Source: Setoptus koraiensis
Lineage: Eukaryota > Animalia > Arthropoda
Length of the DNA stretch: 64,000 nucleotides
Direction: 5' to 3'
NCBI GenBank assembly: GCA_048013815.1
Contig: CM106586.1
Coordinates: forward strand, 1,116,001 to 1,180,000
This document shows, piece by piece, positions 49,301 through 64,000 of the stretch. Both the position numbers and the translations under genes were made by a program. The stretch's first letter is position 1. The number at the start of each line of letters is the position of its first letter. Under the pieces are notes generated by a model, which ran no database searches, was not told where the DNA came from, and saw only the letters and a list, made by a program, of their open reading frames with translations.

Positions 49301-52300
49301 CAGATAGTTTGAGATAGCCCAAGGAGCCCCAAAAGTGTGTTTTTGGGGGGCGGTGTGGCAACACTGACCGGCTGGCAAGTTTCAAATCACATTATCTGAC
49401 ATTCTCAAACAGAGGAATCAAATCAGGTTTTGTGCCCCGGGGTCTGAATGTGACATGCCATAAGGAGAATGAGCGAGGGTATTTTTGTCACAGACTGTAT
49501 TTGCATTCGATCTAAGCGTTGCTGCCACTACTAACCATTGCGCCAGCTCGCCCACTGGTCAAGTGAAGTCCAGCAACAATCACACAACTGGGGCCAATTG
49601 TGATTAATGTTGCACTGTTTATTGTGTGTATCTATCTAATAAGAGGCTCAGCTAGGCATGAATTAAGCACCGTTGTTGTGTGTTTGTACACATAGACACA
49701 CAAATTGGCTTATTAGTGTGTCTTGGTGAATTAGCACACACAATCACACGAATGCACACAATGGGTGTATCAGTGAGGACCCAAATAAATGAATGCCACT
49801 GCTAATTCAATTAATTAATCGGGCAGCCATTGTTTGTTGACTCGACTGAGCCGTTTTCTGTGTGTCCAGAGGGCGTATGTCAGTCACAATTGTCAGATCT
49901 CAGTTGCACAAATAGCTCACAAACTGTTTTTGTGTGGTGTATTGTGGCTATTTGAGCTTCTGTCAGGCTAACCCAATATCACACAACACCTAAATACCTG
50001 GGGGCTTTATCTCTACAGTCAGTTATTATCTGGAATGAGCCAGAGAATCAGCAGTTATTTCTGGACAGTTATTCTGTCTTGATTGTGCAATCGGCCTTCA
50101 CTTTCAATCAGCTAATCACGTGCAGCACGTGCTATACGTCTCTATAAGATGGCAATGATCTGATGATTGAACTAAAACCAGATTGAGTCTTGATAGTGAA
50201 TCGCCCGCTCGAATCAGCGCCCCTTCCGACGTATAGCCTACGTGACTTAAAGAGCATCTTGCCGAGATCTGCACTTTGGTCTGTCTTGGCCAACTAAAAC
50301 GAATTGCACACATGGAAAAGAATGGGCCGGAAATGGATGTCTAGTTCTATCGGGATAATAAGTGGCGCTGATTATTGAGTGAATTCATTATCCACTTAAA
50401 CCTAATAGAAAGAGCCACCATTGTGCAGACATACAACTAATACCATCGGCAACTATAGCCCGAGGAGAGAGGGGCACCAAAAAACGTACCCAAACGAACC
50501 TTTGTTGTTGCAACTTGTAACAAACAACACGCTCGTGGCTAGCATACGCTATTTGGCCTGGCGATAATTTATTTGTTTGTCTGTATGTTTATGTGTGTGT
50601 GTGTGTGTGTGTGTGCGGATAAAACAATGATTAATACGTGACCTAGACATTCAATGATTCTCTGTTGGGTACACAGAGAATCATAGAATGAGTGAGACTC
50701 AAGTTCAGACGACCAATCCGTTGCCGACAATATCATGTTGATTATGTAATATATAGTCCTGCGTCGATAGTTGCCGATTGATTGACGATAGTATCATGTT
50801 TTGTTTGTTATCGCGCGCTTTATCTACTCGTCGTAGGTTGCATCTCGAGACTGTCTATTGGCCACGATCAATCCATGAAGTGGTCAGCCGTTTCTGGTGA
50901 CACGCATTCTGAGCATACTGACATGGCATTGGCTCGCGGTAGCCGTCACAATTTACAGTCTCTCTTTCTCTCTCGCGCGCGCTCGCTTTCTAACTGACCA
51001 AAAAGCGATCAATTGGAAGGAGAAACCGCTAAATGGTCACAAAGCCAGAGCAAAAGCGTTTGTGGACCGCTACACAAGACACACAAAACCCTGGTGAAAA
51101 GCATCAAAGATACGATATAAATAGAAAGGCAAAGGGAGAGAGAGAGAGAGGGAGAGACCATGGCTAGCTGAACACAATCAAGGCTCGGGTTATAATATCA
51201 TCGTTTCATGATCTATCGATTTATGCTTATTATTGATACTTGCACAACTAAGTCAGTGAGTCGTTGCGGCGTTGGGTCGGATCACAAATATCGAGCGAAG
51301 ATTCAAGTAAATCAATTCAGTTCTCTTCTTATCCACTCCGATCCGTTCTGCTTTGAACTGAACTGAACTCAACTGAACACAACCACTGACCAACCAACTG
51401 AATTGTTGTCGCCCAACCGAACTGAATTCTAGCTAGCCGAACAAACATTACGTAACATGACATAAGTCTGAGCTGGGGCCCGAGTGAGTCAGTAACGTAA
51501 GTTGCTGACAAAGTTGTTGGTTTGTGGCCCAGATTGATGGTCAGCCTTGGACAAATCCCAGTGCAGTAACAACTGTGGCCATGCAGCCTATTATCAAACA
51601 AACACTGGCTGGTCTCAATCTAACAAACCCACAAATATTACGCCATTGGTGAGCTAGTGTGCTCACTTTTGCACAATAGACACGATAGGCCGGTGATAAC
51701 GGTCAATTTGTTGATGTTCTTGCCCATTGCACACACTGTGTTACACACAAGTTACCGATCTAACCGTCGCAAATCGCGATTCGCGATTCGGTGTGAATTG
51801 TGCCGAAAATCGTCCTACGGTCACTAGCTGGATTCCAATGAGCTGAATGTGTGAGCGCGTCTGCTATTCCGTGGAGAAGAATGCGATGACATAGTCGTCA
51901 ACCGATATATATCCAGCCAAAGCCAGATAGACGGTTGGCCAGAATCTGGCTAGATCATCATTATCATCAATGGAAACTGTGCACGCTAGACCCACGGGGC
52001 AAATAGCACATACACGATATTATGAGTTTTCTCGGTATCGATCGCGTGGCCATAGTGCTGGTGGCATAGTATTGACATTGGAGACCCTGTGATGATTTAA
52101 TCACCAGCAACAGCTAATATATTTGGGCCGATAGTTTTATGTGGCGAAGCGCCCCTATGGGACGGACGCACAAGATCATAGACGTTAAATTGCCTGACAC
52201 AAATAGACACATAAAATCGGGCATGTGAGTGAGTGAGTGAGAAAGAAAGAGTTAATGAAAACACACACACTCACACATCGGAGCAAGAAAAATCCAGGTA

Positions 52301-55300
52301 CGCACCAATTTAAACAAGTAACAAGCCAGTCAAGCGACTAAAGGGGCCCTGGCGGGCTTTTGCGCAATTGTTGTGAAAACGGTTGACGGCTCGCTGGAGA
52401 CACCGAACAAAGCGACGAGAAATTGCATCCGCTCGGTACCTCACTTTTCATTGATATGTCCACTAGTCAGTAGATACTAGAAAATCGTGCCTGTCGCACA
52501 ATTACCAATCTCGTTGGCATTGATCCGAAATGCTCGATAGATTTCTCTGACCAGAGACAGTCTCACAGCAACTAAGCACGGCCCAGAGTAAAATAAATTC
52601 TACAGTTAGATTGTTATTGTTGCTTGACTTTGCGCTTCCATGCCATCATACTAACATGCCATCATACTACCATGCCATATATTTAATAGCCAAATAGTAT
52701 TAGATGTAGAGCAAGATCGCTTTCATTGGAGGCCCCTCCTATTTGACTTTAGCTAGAGAATGAAATGAATAAATATGGTTGGCTCGTTCATGAACCAACC
52801 AACCGACCAAACCAACTATCACTATAATGACCACAGCGATAGAGGCCAAGTTTACCAGTGAATATCTGACACACACGAACTGAATCATAATAAATAGACA
52901 TATGAATCCATCGATGAATATATGCCACAATAGACAGTGTGCTACAATCAATCATGGCCACCATTCATGGGCCTGGTCACCTTACAGCTCTATGAGCTGC
53001 TAGGACAATCAGCTTAGGTCAGTTGCGTCACTGAACTCACTTGTGAGTCACAAGTTGTGAGTTGGGCCAACCAAGAATAATGATGATTACAAATATCATA
53101 AACACTAGCACCATCTATCTACTGACACCTCAACCTATGTGTTATTACATTCGAGTTGCTTCCACTAGTGCCCGCAAAGTCGGTTGACCAGGCCATTCCG
53201 TGGAGAATAATACCCACTTCAACTGAGCCGAAAGAACCAAAAGTTTCGAGTCAATTAAATGAGGACCGGTCAGCGAGCACATAACACGAGCCACTATAAA
53301 ACCTCTTTGGCGGTTACCAAGATCGCGGTAGCAGCAGGTATCCTATCATTAGCTGGGGATCGATTTAATACCCTGGGCTTGCCAATAATGATCGTTACGC
53401 GTGGGTGGCAAAAGCGCCTAAAAGAGTGTTTATTCGTCCAAAATGAAACGCTCACAAGGCGGCCTCGATAATACCCTCAATTTCTTGGCCAGCTTAACAC
53501 TTTTGTCCCTCTAAATCTTTCTAACCAAGGACGACTCTTGAGATCACAGTGACTCTCTCTTCTGCTCCCGTTGCTTGGTATGTAACCCATTACGGAAATG
53601 GTCTACATACCAAGCCACTACATTGTTTTTAAGCATATATATATTTCGCAAGAAAGAGCAGACACATAGAATAGACAATTTCGTGTGACAATATTTATTG
53701 GACTCGTGTGAGTTATATCTCTGTCCGTGTATTATTGAATTGTAAGCCACAGTCACTTAGTGTGCCTCGATGTATTCTAAGAATCGTAACGCAATACAAC
53801 AGCCATCGATGTTTGCAGGTTTAGAAGCGACAGTGCTGGAATTCTAGTTCAAGCCATTGAAAGTGCCGATCAATAATGAATAAAATACCATCCGCTATCG
53901 AAGACGGAATTCGGTTTTCTCCGATCGGTCGATAAGAATCTTCAAGTCTAGATCACGCGCAACAAAGCAATGTATAAATCGATGGTGTCTCCATCAATGA
54001 GAGATCAGCCTTAATTTTGTGGATTGCTGGCCAAGTCCAGCGGCAAGAAATTGTAGAGAAGATCGACGAGAGACCGATGGAAGTATTCATTTGTTTCTAA
54101 TTGCATCAGTCACAAGCAGATGGAGCCGTCAAATAGTAACCGATAATTAGATTTTACAGTTTCGACGTCTGTCTAAACTGAAGTGCACCGGAAAATCTGT
54201 AGTATCGCAGTTAGTTTCGGTTGGCGTGTAACAATAATTGCTATGAATGCATCATCATTTCGTCTGCTGAAATAGTGCCGAAAATTTGATTTTGCTAGGT
54301 GAATATTGCTTCGAATAGCGCAGCTGGCAGGCTTAACGATTGGCCTGGATTTGGGGTTTGGCGCTTGTTATTGGCACTAGTGGACGCGCAACATAAGTGA
54401 GTGAAGTCGCTCTTTGCAGCCTGTATCTCCGAATGGAAATTGTCAATATTGACACTTTTGCAAAAATAGATATCAGAGATATTTACATTTGTTGTAGATC
54501 TCATAACTGGTGCCACAAAGGTCATTTACAACATTGCTTCACTTGGCTGGATATGTTTCGTTGCTTACAGACTTGAATTTGCGAGGAAACTCTTTTGGTG
54601 GTTGCACACAATTTTGGGCAAACATTGCACAGGTGCCAGCTGTCATGCGATTCGAAGAATTGTCCGCTGCTATTTTGGTTGTTGCCTGATTAGTTAGCGT
54701 GCAAGAGAGAACGTGATCGACCTACCAAAACAACGGCACCACGGACCGATTCTGCGGGCCCGGTTTGGGCGCTCGGTTGGGCCCAAGCGAGGCGCCAGCA
54801 CTATCAATTTAGCTCATGATGGTGGCTCATAGATTGACCATAGATCATGAGTGCCAGCGTTCGATCGATTGTTGCTTGGGATGCTCACCTCGGCGTGTCA
54901 TAACATAGCATATTTTGAGGGTTATTTATATTCATAATGTTCATAATATTCATATGATGTGCAATATGGCTGGCAATTTAAGAAGAGCCCTGTATACAGT
55001 TACAAAGACCAACTTGGTTGCGCCAGCAAGTGTGTGAGTAGTCAATTCGTTCTGGCCGGCTGGCTGCTGGATATATCTTGTGTGCATAAAGGTGAATGAG
55101 CTTGACATGAAGCGAGCGAGTCCAGTGTCTAAAAATACATCGCATCAATGTGTTGGGTCGATATAGTAGCAGTTTTTGAGCAACGAAAACCATCTATTCA
55201 GCGGGATTGTATGAGAGGGGAGAGGAAGAGAGTATCAGAGTTGCTTGAAAGAGTGTAGCCATTAGACTGGCCAGTGCGTGCATGCGGCCACTATGGTCAC

Positions 55301-58300
55301 TCGACGGCGGGCAAGGTCAGCTTAACGGACACAGTGCACTTGTCATATTTGCTGCTCCTAACACGTACACCCAAACGCGCAGCTTGCGTGTCCGTCAGTT
55401 GTCTAGTCATCTAACGGTGGTTGTCAAGTTGGGGCCCGGCCAACAATGTATGCATGCGAGCCGGCGAGAAAGCGGTAAAGAGCGAGCATAGAGCCAGAGA
55501 GCCAGAGAGTCAGAATAGAAGAACAATGAGCTGGCCAGAGAAAAAAGAACAAAGCCCAAGCTGGCCCCGACTGGCCCAAGCAGCTGACTAGCCAGCGAAT
55601 TGCACGAGCTGGCAACGTTTTAATAATGATAGCTACTAGCTGGTTGTCTGTTCGGTTGGCTGAGTCGCTCTCGTTGGATCATGCCGTCCCAATTGTGCGT
55701 GCGTGTGTGTGTTGGTCTTGGATGATTATGATGAATCATCAGGGCCCCAGCCAGACTGTCCAAAGCCGACAATGGCGGCGCTGTATGATAGTGGCAAAAA
55801 CACAAAACATACAACACGGTGCAACAGCAACGACAACAACGACAACAACGACAACAACGACACCAATAAGGACAAAAGGAAGCCAAGAGAACGACACACA
55901 GTGAGAGAGCCATAAACACAAACAAAAACATAGCTAAAATATCTGACTGGGCCACTGGGGAACCATTCAGATATAATAATGTCATCATCATCATCGTGCC
56001 AGCCAGCAACAACAGTGATAGTATGCAAAGTAAGCGGCTGAGTGAACAGACTTGGCAGATCCGGTCGGAATGTTAGTTAGCACAGTTGCAAACAACGGCC
56101 CCGCTAACAACAACACTGAGAATGATTGATGGACGCATCAATAGATGCTGCCACCAATGCATATACCAACGGTGTCATTTCAAATAATCGATACCCTTTT
56201 TTCTCTGTGCGTCTATCGTGCCGGAATATCGTGCGTATATAACTTTTAAGTTATAACATACGCAAAACTTTTGCGCCCCAACAGCAAGCGCCCCAACAGC
56301 GTTGCCGCATAAAACCATTCTATGGTTACTGCCGCAGTCTACTGTGTCAATGCACTATGCCGGGGCTTGCATAACGAAAAAACAACTCATCTCATTGGGG
56401 TCACACCAGCCAGCAAAAGTTGGTGAATTAATTAGATTTCCGACGGGCCGTGGGCCCATCATTTATTGGTGCCCCCTTTTCTGCGTCCAAATCGTTTGTG
56501 TTCGATTTTCAGCAGCACTCGTAAAATTAGATACCGTGCGAATGGCGCTATCGTTTCACAGCAGATCCCTAGGTACGAAAAATGCGCCAAATATAGTCTA
56601 TTTATTGGGCAGGCGTTTGCATGTGTTCGGTTGGCCTCCTGGTTGTGATATTTACTTTTCACACAAGGTCAATCGGATTCTCTGGCTGACACTTATACTG
56701 CCAGTCACATAATACGCTATATAATGGGCATACTTTGTGTTTGTGAGATTTGTTGACGTTTGTAGCAGAGACAGCGATTTGATACATTCATGGGAAGCGA
56801 ACAGGGAGCCAGACTAAATATGTATGGGCTTGTCAATGTCAACTGGCAAGATCTCAGTGTCACCGTTACATTAAGTTGATAGTATAAGTTGGGAAAAAAG
56901 AAAAACTTTCACTTACTTTTCAGTCTGGCTTCGAGTTTTTTGACACTGTCTCGACACTGTAACACATGTTGGTGGCACATGTATTATATATTATCGACAC
57001 ATATAAGAGTTCCTTTGGAGTTGTTCTCGAACAACATTGCACCTCGTCACTTTCGTTGACAATCACACCCCAGGTGATGGCAAGAAATTGTCGGCTAACT
57101 GAAACCAACTTCTCCAACAGGCAGGCATCTTTTTTTGCACCCTCACTTCCCATTCGCATATCGTTCAAACGTGTACCATGTTTCGCTGGTTCATTCAATG
57201 CATAGTTCTGATCTAATGTCAAGAGTTAATTATCCAACTCATACATGCCCAACAAGCTAATAATTAATTACCAATAGCTGCCGTCGACAAATTGATAGCC
57301 AATTTCAACTACTGTAGGAAGTATATACTTTTTGCGCCAGTGATTATCGTGTTTCGTTAGAGCTAGTCTGCCATTGAAAAACATTCGCTTACTGAAATTT
57401 GCATTTTTCGCCTCCATTCTAATTGATGCGTTGGCGTATCCCGAAAATTAGGTCTTTTGTCAGACCATGCTGACATGTAGTTAGTATCTATTCTATCGAG
57501 TTTATAAAGTGCGAATGGCCATCGAGCTTCTGAATACAGTCTAAATAAAGCTTAGCTGTAAGTAGCAGCAAATGCGCAAGATTTGTTGCTACTGACAGTC
57601 CAGAAGACAATCAATTAAGTGAAATGTCTATTTTTGTTGAAACTTATCAAAAGTTTTTGCTCGTTTGTGTGACTCGCTCTCACAAGCTACGAGCTGATAA
57701 GCTCATTATACATTCTATACCATTGAAAGAGAGGTGATTACTTTTAACAAATCTGCTATCATCATTTTATGTGCTAATAGCAGATAGCAGCAGCTCTTAC
57801 AAAACAAAAACAGTTGATCGTTTTTGTTGTTGTTGTTGGTTTACGCCAATTAATTGCCTACTGCACGCCTGTATCATTTGTTCAATTATTTGTTGGTGTT
57901 AGTGAAGCTGCTATAGATTGGCCTCGATCCAATTCAATCCAAATTGATAGCTTCAAATCAATTTGAGGCTGCAAACTCAAAACTTGTTTGGCTTGCTTAA
58001 CTGCAAACAATTGCCTGTTCCACCATTAAATATTTTTTATCCTCATCGGGGGCGTCCTATTCCGCCTGGCAATAAATCAGGGCACACTTTATAAATTTTC
58101 TTTCTATTTTCTATTTTCCTTTCCACTTTATCTTTCCATTCTTCCCGAAGAGATTGTTTCTTTTTCCAGCATCGTTCACTAGCTAAGGCTGCGGCACTGG
58201 GTTCCTGTTATTACGCTCTGGCCATCATTTCCTTTTCCAAAAGTTTTTCCGAGGTTGGCACTGCGTGTTCACTCGGCTGCAGATTTCGAACTCGTTGCCA

Positions 58301-60408
58301 AAGTCAATCACCTAACTTTTTCCGAGCTGGAAACTTATCATGAAAATAGATGAAATTTTTTTTTGCGAAAACTTTTCTTTGCATCAGCTAGTCGACAGAT
58401 GCCGATTTCGAATTAAGCTCGAGTGCTGTTGCAGCCTTTCTGATCATTTCAACAGATTTACTATATAGATCCGAAATCCATTTGGTACTATCTGGTTAAG
58501 TGATTGGAATTTTTGTTTCGTCGCGTGTGAGCGCAGTCCGAAAAGGTGATCAATTGGATCAATCGGTCGGTTGGCCTGAAACAGGCCTCATCTTTTCCAT
58601 TTCTATATCGCGTTATATTCCGTCATATCGGGTGATAGATGGCCACTGGTGGCCAAATACATTTCACAGTGATTGCAGTGATCACGATGAAAACAGACAG
58701 AGTGACGAGCGATCATGGTTCTGAAATGGTGATCATATTTTGACTCGTCAATGTCAATCCCTCTAGTCAATCCTTTTTTTCTCTGATGTTGGTCTCATGT
58801 TTGTTGTTGGCCAAAATGTTGGCCAAAACAATAATCAGAGCCCTCGATCACAATTTCTCTCGCAGCAATGGTTTCGCTGGTGTGATGACACACATCAGCG
58901 ATGACAGGCTGTGTCCGTGGACACATTTTTCTCGAAGAGAAAAGAATCTTTTACTCGATTCTCTGTCTGATGCCTTTTGGAATGTTTGATAAACCTCCTT
59001 TAGCTGCCGATCCAGCCTAACTTCAATGAGTTCATAGCGACGAGTCTCAAGTTTAAAGAGATATCTACCAAAGAGAGAATGCCTATCTGGCGATTGCTGT
59101 TGATTCATAGAGTGAAGAGATTCCTTGACTTGTCCTTCTCTGCATCACTCTGCTAGGAGTGAGACAGCTTCAACTCATACAGACTCGAATTGATATTATC
59201 TGATCCATTCCAGTGTTCATATCAATCGGGATCAAGAGTAATTGAGGGCTCTCCTCACTTACTCACTCGCTCGCTGTTGGAAATGCAGACTGCATCTGAC
59301 TAACATAATAAGTACATTACAATAGTAACTTTGCTACTTTCATGAAGAATGCCACCTGAAATAAGACTAGTAGTTCACTCGTTTTAACGTATCGTCTACT
59401 CCAAGCTTTTATTTCTTGCCTTGGTATCTTGCATCCGATCGATAAAAGCTACGAATTTCTTTGGTTATACGAGGTACGCCAAACCTTTTCCTTGTTTGAC
59501 CGTCTGTGCGTCATTCTTCATGAACCGCATAGTGCCTGCAATATATGACTATCCTCAAATATTATATAACACTTATTTCAGGTATAACACGACACTAGAG
59601 TATTGACTTGGATATTATCATGTTAAGTGTCGATATATTAACAGCGACTATGTTGATCATCACGGAATGTTGCATAATATAGGTTGCCAACTATGCGGAG
59701 AGCGACATTCGCTTGTATTTATCCCTTTATTAGATGCACATCTAATGTTGAATGCACAGTCACACTATTATCAACTATCGTGATGATAAGTCAAATAAAC
59801 TATCATCGAATACTTTAGTCTAGGACGAACCCTTGTTATTTCCTATACTCGCTCAATCACTTACTTGCAGTGTTAAGTCTTACTACAGTGTAGCTCTTGC
59901 TCGTTGTCAGTTTTATCTGGATATTCTCACCCTTTCTCGCGTAATTCTGTCATTTATAACACACACACACACTAGTTGCTAGGCACCAACTTGATGGGAT
60001 GATGATAGTGGTATTGATAGTGATGGAGTGCGCAAAATAAAAGATTGTTACCATCGACGAAAAGAAGGAAAAACCAACATGAAGAATAGAATTTATTCAG
60101 TGTCAACAGAGGCTCTGATTGCTTGGCACAAATCGAAGATTCGACGCTGCCAAGATATTTCAGATTTAAGATTAGTCCGATCAGTATTCTTGTCGATTAA
60201 CCGGTTTATTCACTGAATAAAGCTTGCCGTATTTAGGCTGAATACGGGCCTTTCACTACTAGTGTATCCATCACCAGCATGGATACGGGCAATTCGAGAC
60301 TTGCCCAATAATACGATCTCACACACAAACACATCTAAGTCAATCAAATACCTCCCCATACTAATGATGATAGAGCCATCCGATAATGATGAGTGATAAG
60401 ACAGAAAT

Positions 60409-60442
<34 letters not shown>

Positions 60443-63400
60443 CCCGAATATATCAGTGGACCAACTGGCTATGTAAGAATGAGGCCCGGCGAATAAAAGA
60501 TGGTCTCATCTAGCGTCTAGGCTAATCTTTTTATCGAGCTCCGCATTATATTATTCTGTAGCACACATTACATTATATATTAAACTACACACATCCAGAG
60601 AGTGGCTACACGAAGAGAATAGTAACACCAAGATATAAAGATCGGCCTGGCAAGATTAGACGCGCCATCGGGCGCTTCTTCTAACAGATTCTCGATAAGG
60701 AGCGCAAGATGCATCTAGAGAAAGAAGCCATTTGTTTGCCATTTATTGTTGTTTGATTATGTCGACTCACTCTTACACACACACACACACAGATCGAGTC
60801 ATATCATCATCATCATCACAACACACAACTATTACGCAACTAGAACGTGTTAATTGTTTTCGTCTTGAGCCTTCTTTCGCACGCGCTACGTGGCAACACG
60901 ACACTCGCATCCCAGATGAGAGCCAGACTGAAAGTAGCAACCTTCTTGACTCTGGTCTCAAGATAAAGACGCCAAACTTGATGGCAAACTGAATCATCAA
61001 TTCAATCGATATGGAAGACAAATCGTGTTGTGCCAAAACGTTGCAACGAGGTCGCATCGCACTTATGTCATTATAGCCGCACCGCCAGTATAGCCATCAC
61101 CAGAAACTCATCGAGGACCCATTGAGCAACCCTCGAGACACTAACAGTTGAAACAGTTACATGTGGGGCCTCTTGTGTGCACGGTCATGGTGATTTAATG
61201 AGCCGCTAGAGAAAATTTGATGCTATCCACTTAAATGCAACTCATTTTGACTCTCTTTCGATATATGTTTATGTATGTTCTCGCCCTTCGATATCATGTG
61301 ATGACGAGTTAATGGGGCTGTTTCGTCTAAATAGCTTGCGCGTGTGGCACTTGGAAAAGTGCGAGCAATTTTTTCCAATACCGACCTGATCTCTACCACA
61401 AAACGAGCCATTTTCGTCTCAGTTGCCTAAGACAATAAATTTCAAGTATTCACTGGCGTCGTTCGTTTTTATCCCATAATCCCGTTCAATTTGAATTAAG
61501 CCAATTCATTTGCAGTTGGCAATTTCCAAGAAACACTAGCAATAATTGTTCTCTGGGGGAACAGTGAGGACTTGATATAACAGTTATCTATCAATGTGCT
61601 CACTTGACAGCAATTTACATGTGTCGCAATGTGAAACAAGAGCTCAAAATCCCAAAATGTAGCTGAAAAATTGAACTTCCAGGAGTATTATTATTGCAAC
61701 TTTTTCTAAGCAGCTCAATCGGCCATTGTGCTGTCTGGAAATAGTCGTTTAGCGTCTAATTGTCCACTATAAGCCCTAATTGGTCGCTACATTGCGTGGC
61801 GCCCACCGGCCACGAATAGATGGCCAAAGAGCTGCCACTGCTGACGCCCCGGGGTGAAAATGTCTAGCGATAACACTTGACAGAAAAAGAGAAAAAGAAA
61901 ACATTTATAACATACAATAGTAATTACTGTCGCCATAAACAGCGTACGAATCCGCCCCCGTTAGACTGAGTGCCCCGCTGAACATATGACGCGATGAAGT
62001 TAATTAAGCGCCCAGTTCGGCCAAAGATCAATGCCATATATAATCAATGTGGCGTCTTGCGACAACCTGTTTGTTTGTTGTTACTTAACGTCGTCTGAAC
62101 GTTGTGACTGCTACTGATAATTGTGTGTGATAGTCATTAGGTCAGTTGGTGAGCCAGGCAATGAGTTAGCCAACGAACAAAATGGATAGCTATCCACAAT
62201 GAATAGGCGATTGTGGGCGCCAATTTGTGTATAGCTGTTATTTATTCTGTCTATTTAATCTGTGCCCATGTGTATATTTTATCTTTGGTTGGATCTATCT
62301 CGGCCAGCAGCCTGTACGACGGCTACATATGAGAGTGTGTGTGTGTGTGGCTTGTGGAAGAGGAAATGATCAACATTTATCATTTGTGTTTATCTTATTT
62401 ATTAATAAACGAGGCCGGCCCGCATGACCCCGTGCCCTGGTGCCCTGGTGTCTGTGTGCGCCTCCAGTGTTTCGATACCCCGGCACCCTTATGGCCCGCT
62501 TAGCGCCTTATGGTGGCTAGTAAATGAGCCAGTGTCTTGAGCCAACTTACTTCGAATTTCGAGCAGATAAGAATCAGTTGGCGCAATAAGACACTGAGAC
62601 ACCGAGAGGAAGAGGGCGACACACACACACACACACACAGGGAGAGAGAGCAAAAAAAGAATTGGAGCGTGCACAAATAAATCAAGCTTACTATTCTTTT
62701 TATGAGCGTCTATGTGGGCACTAGACACATGGCGACTTGCTATGTGCGATGTTTTTATCCCTGCAACTCATCCCGTTACAGCTGATACGCGTGTCTGTGT
62801 GCAAGCGACTGGCCTAGGCAAGAAATGGGGACCGAGGGCCACTTGAGTGAGTGGCTTGTCGGGCTCAACACATATACTGACTGACTGGCAATGTGAATTG
62901 AATGGAGCAAGTTCATTGTGGTGGTTGATGTTGTTGTTTGTTGATTTTGATGGTGTTTGCGCAACTCGCTCCAACTGGCGTCTAATTCTGTCCATGTCCA
63001 ATCGATGAAATGACACTGAATGCGCGTAACATTGATAACATAACATTCATAGCACGACACAAGCCTCACTGGTCAGTCAGCTAGCTCGCCAGAATAAAGA
63101 GGCGCTGTTGTTGCCAACAGCGACACATTAAGTAGTATGGTGTAATAATGAATAGCACAGGTAGACAGGCGAATTGTTTGGTGCTCAATTGTTGCAGTTG
63201 CTGTTGTTGTTGTCGTTGTTGCTGTTGCTGTTGTTGCCGACGTCGCCGCTGGTGCTGATGTTCATGTAAATAGGTACAACAACAACAACAACAACAGCAA
63301 CAACCTATCTGTCTCGCTATTATCAATGCTTTATACAAACACAGTGACACAGAATAGAAATATCACGTATTTGTTTATGAGAAGTGCACTTGCTGGTGGC

Positions 63401-64000
63401 AAAAAGAGCGGCCAACGCGAGCAAGCGAGTTCAGTTCAAAAGATAGACGATAGAGGGAGAGTGGCGAAAACAAACAACAAATGAATTATATCAATAATTG
63501 CTCTCACTCGAGCCAGTGTTATTGCTATTGTTATGTGAGGGCACATAACGGCGGCCACTCGACGCCACCTTCGGAGCGTCGGCCATCAATGAGATGTAAG
63601 GAGCGTGCAGATTGAAGTGAGAGAAGTGCATAGTTTTATCTGTTTATCTCTCTATCGCCTCAGACAGGATAGGTCATCAGTGGCGGACAACAATAACCGG
63701 CCGACAACAATGTTTTTACTTCCTTCCAGCGGTGTCGCCCCGCGCCTTGTCCAGATAAAGAGATAAAACAATGAACAAAGACTCATCTCTATGTAATCTC
63801 TCTCTCTATGTGTGTCAGCTCTCTATCACCTTTGCCTATAACTCTGCTGCGAGGTGTCGACAAGCACCTAACAGGCACCTAAACTACCCTAGGGCTTACA
63901 GTGCTTGCTCATGTAATAATAACAACAATTGAGTGAGAGAAAGGGCAATTATTGATATAATTCATTTGTTGTTTGTTTTTGGCTCTCGCTGTCGTTGCTG

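Noticed and set aside
61013-61075. EDKSCCAKTL as the TGF-beta mature-domain CC motif
   Set aside because: It is bounded by in-frame stops a few codons either side and lacks the other cystine-knot cysteines.
40330-63350. Numerous poly-L/V/N/Q/T ORFs (e.g. 41139-41529, 55620-56028, 63081-63350)
   Set aside because: They are translations of trinucleotide and dinucleotide microsatellites on both strands, with no coding evidence.

Overview
Eukaryotic DNA, most consistent with a compact, intron-poor arthropod genome (mite-like; this is inference from gene content and short GT-AG introns). 1-14 kb is gene-dense: a minimal PPP1R15/GADD34-like ORF whose stop overlaps the start of a 3-exon ATP8A-type P4-ATPase, a 4-exon class B (PTH/secretin-like) GPCR with no visible hormone-binding ectodomain, and a tandem cluster of orphan secreted helical proteins (two intact, one pseudogene). 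13.8-24 kb is a repeat block: a TTCGAA-rich ~100-bp satellite in A-satellite-B higher-order units, a Pro-Ala-repeat gene ending in a chromo-shadow-like domain inside the first unit, a 1.55-kb foldback element, a 500-N gap, and GG-terminated MITEs (one with an 8-bp TSD) that split a mariner transposase C-terminus. 24-31.5 kb holds a 5-exon heat shock factor with an ENY2/Sus1-like gene nested antisense in intron 1, then an intronless acyl-CoA delta-9 desaturase. At 37.6-39.3 kb is a large exon with TGF-beta prodomain motifs, followed by ~25 kb with no recognisable gene. No tRNA, rRNA or CRISPR array was recognised. All alignments were made by eye from remembered family motifs, with no database search.
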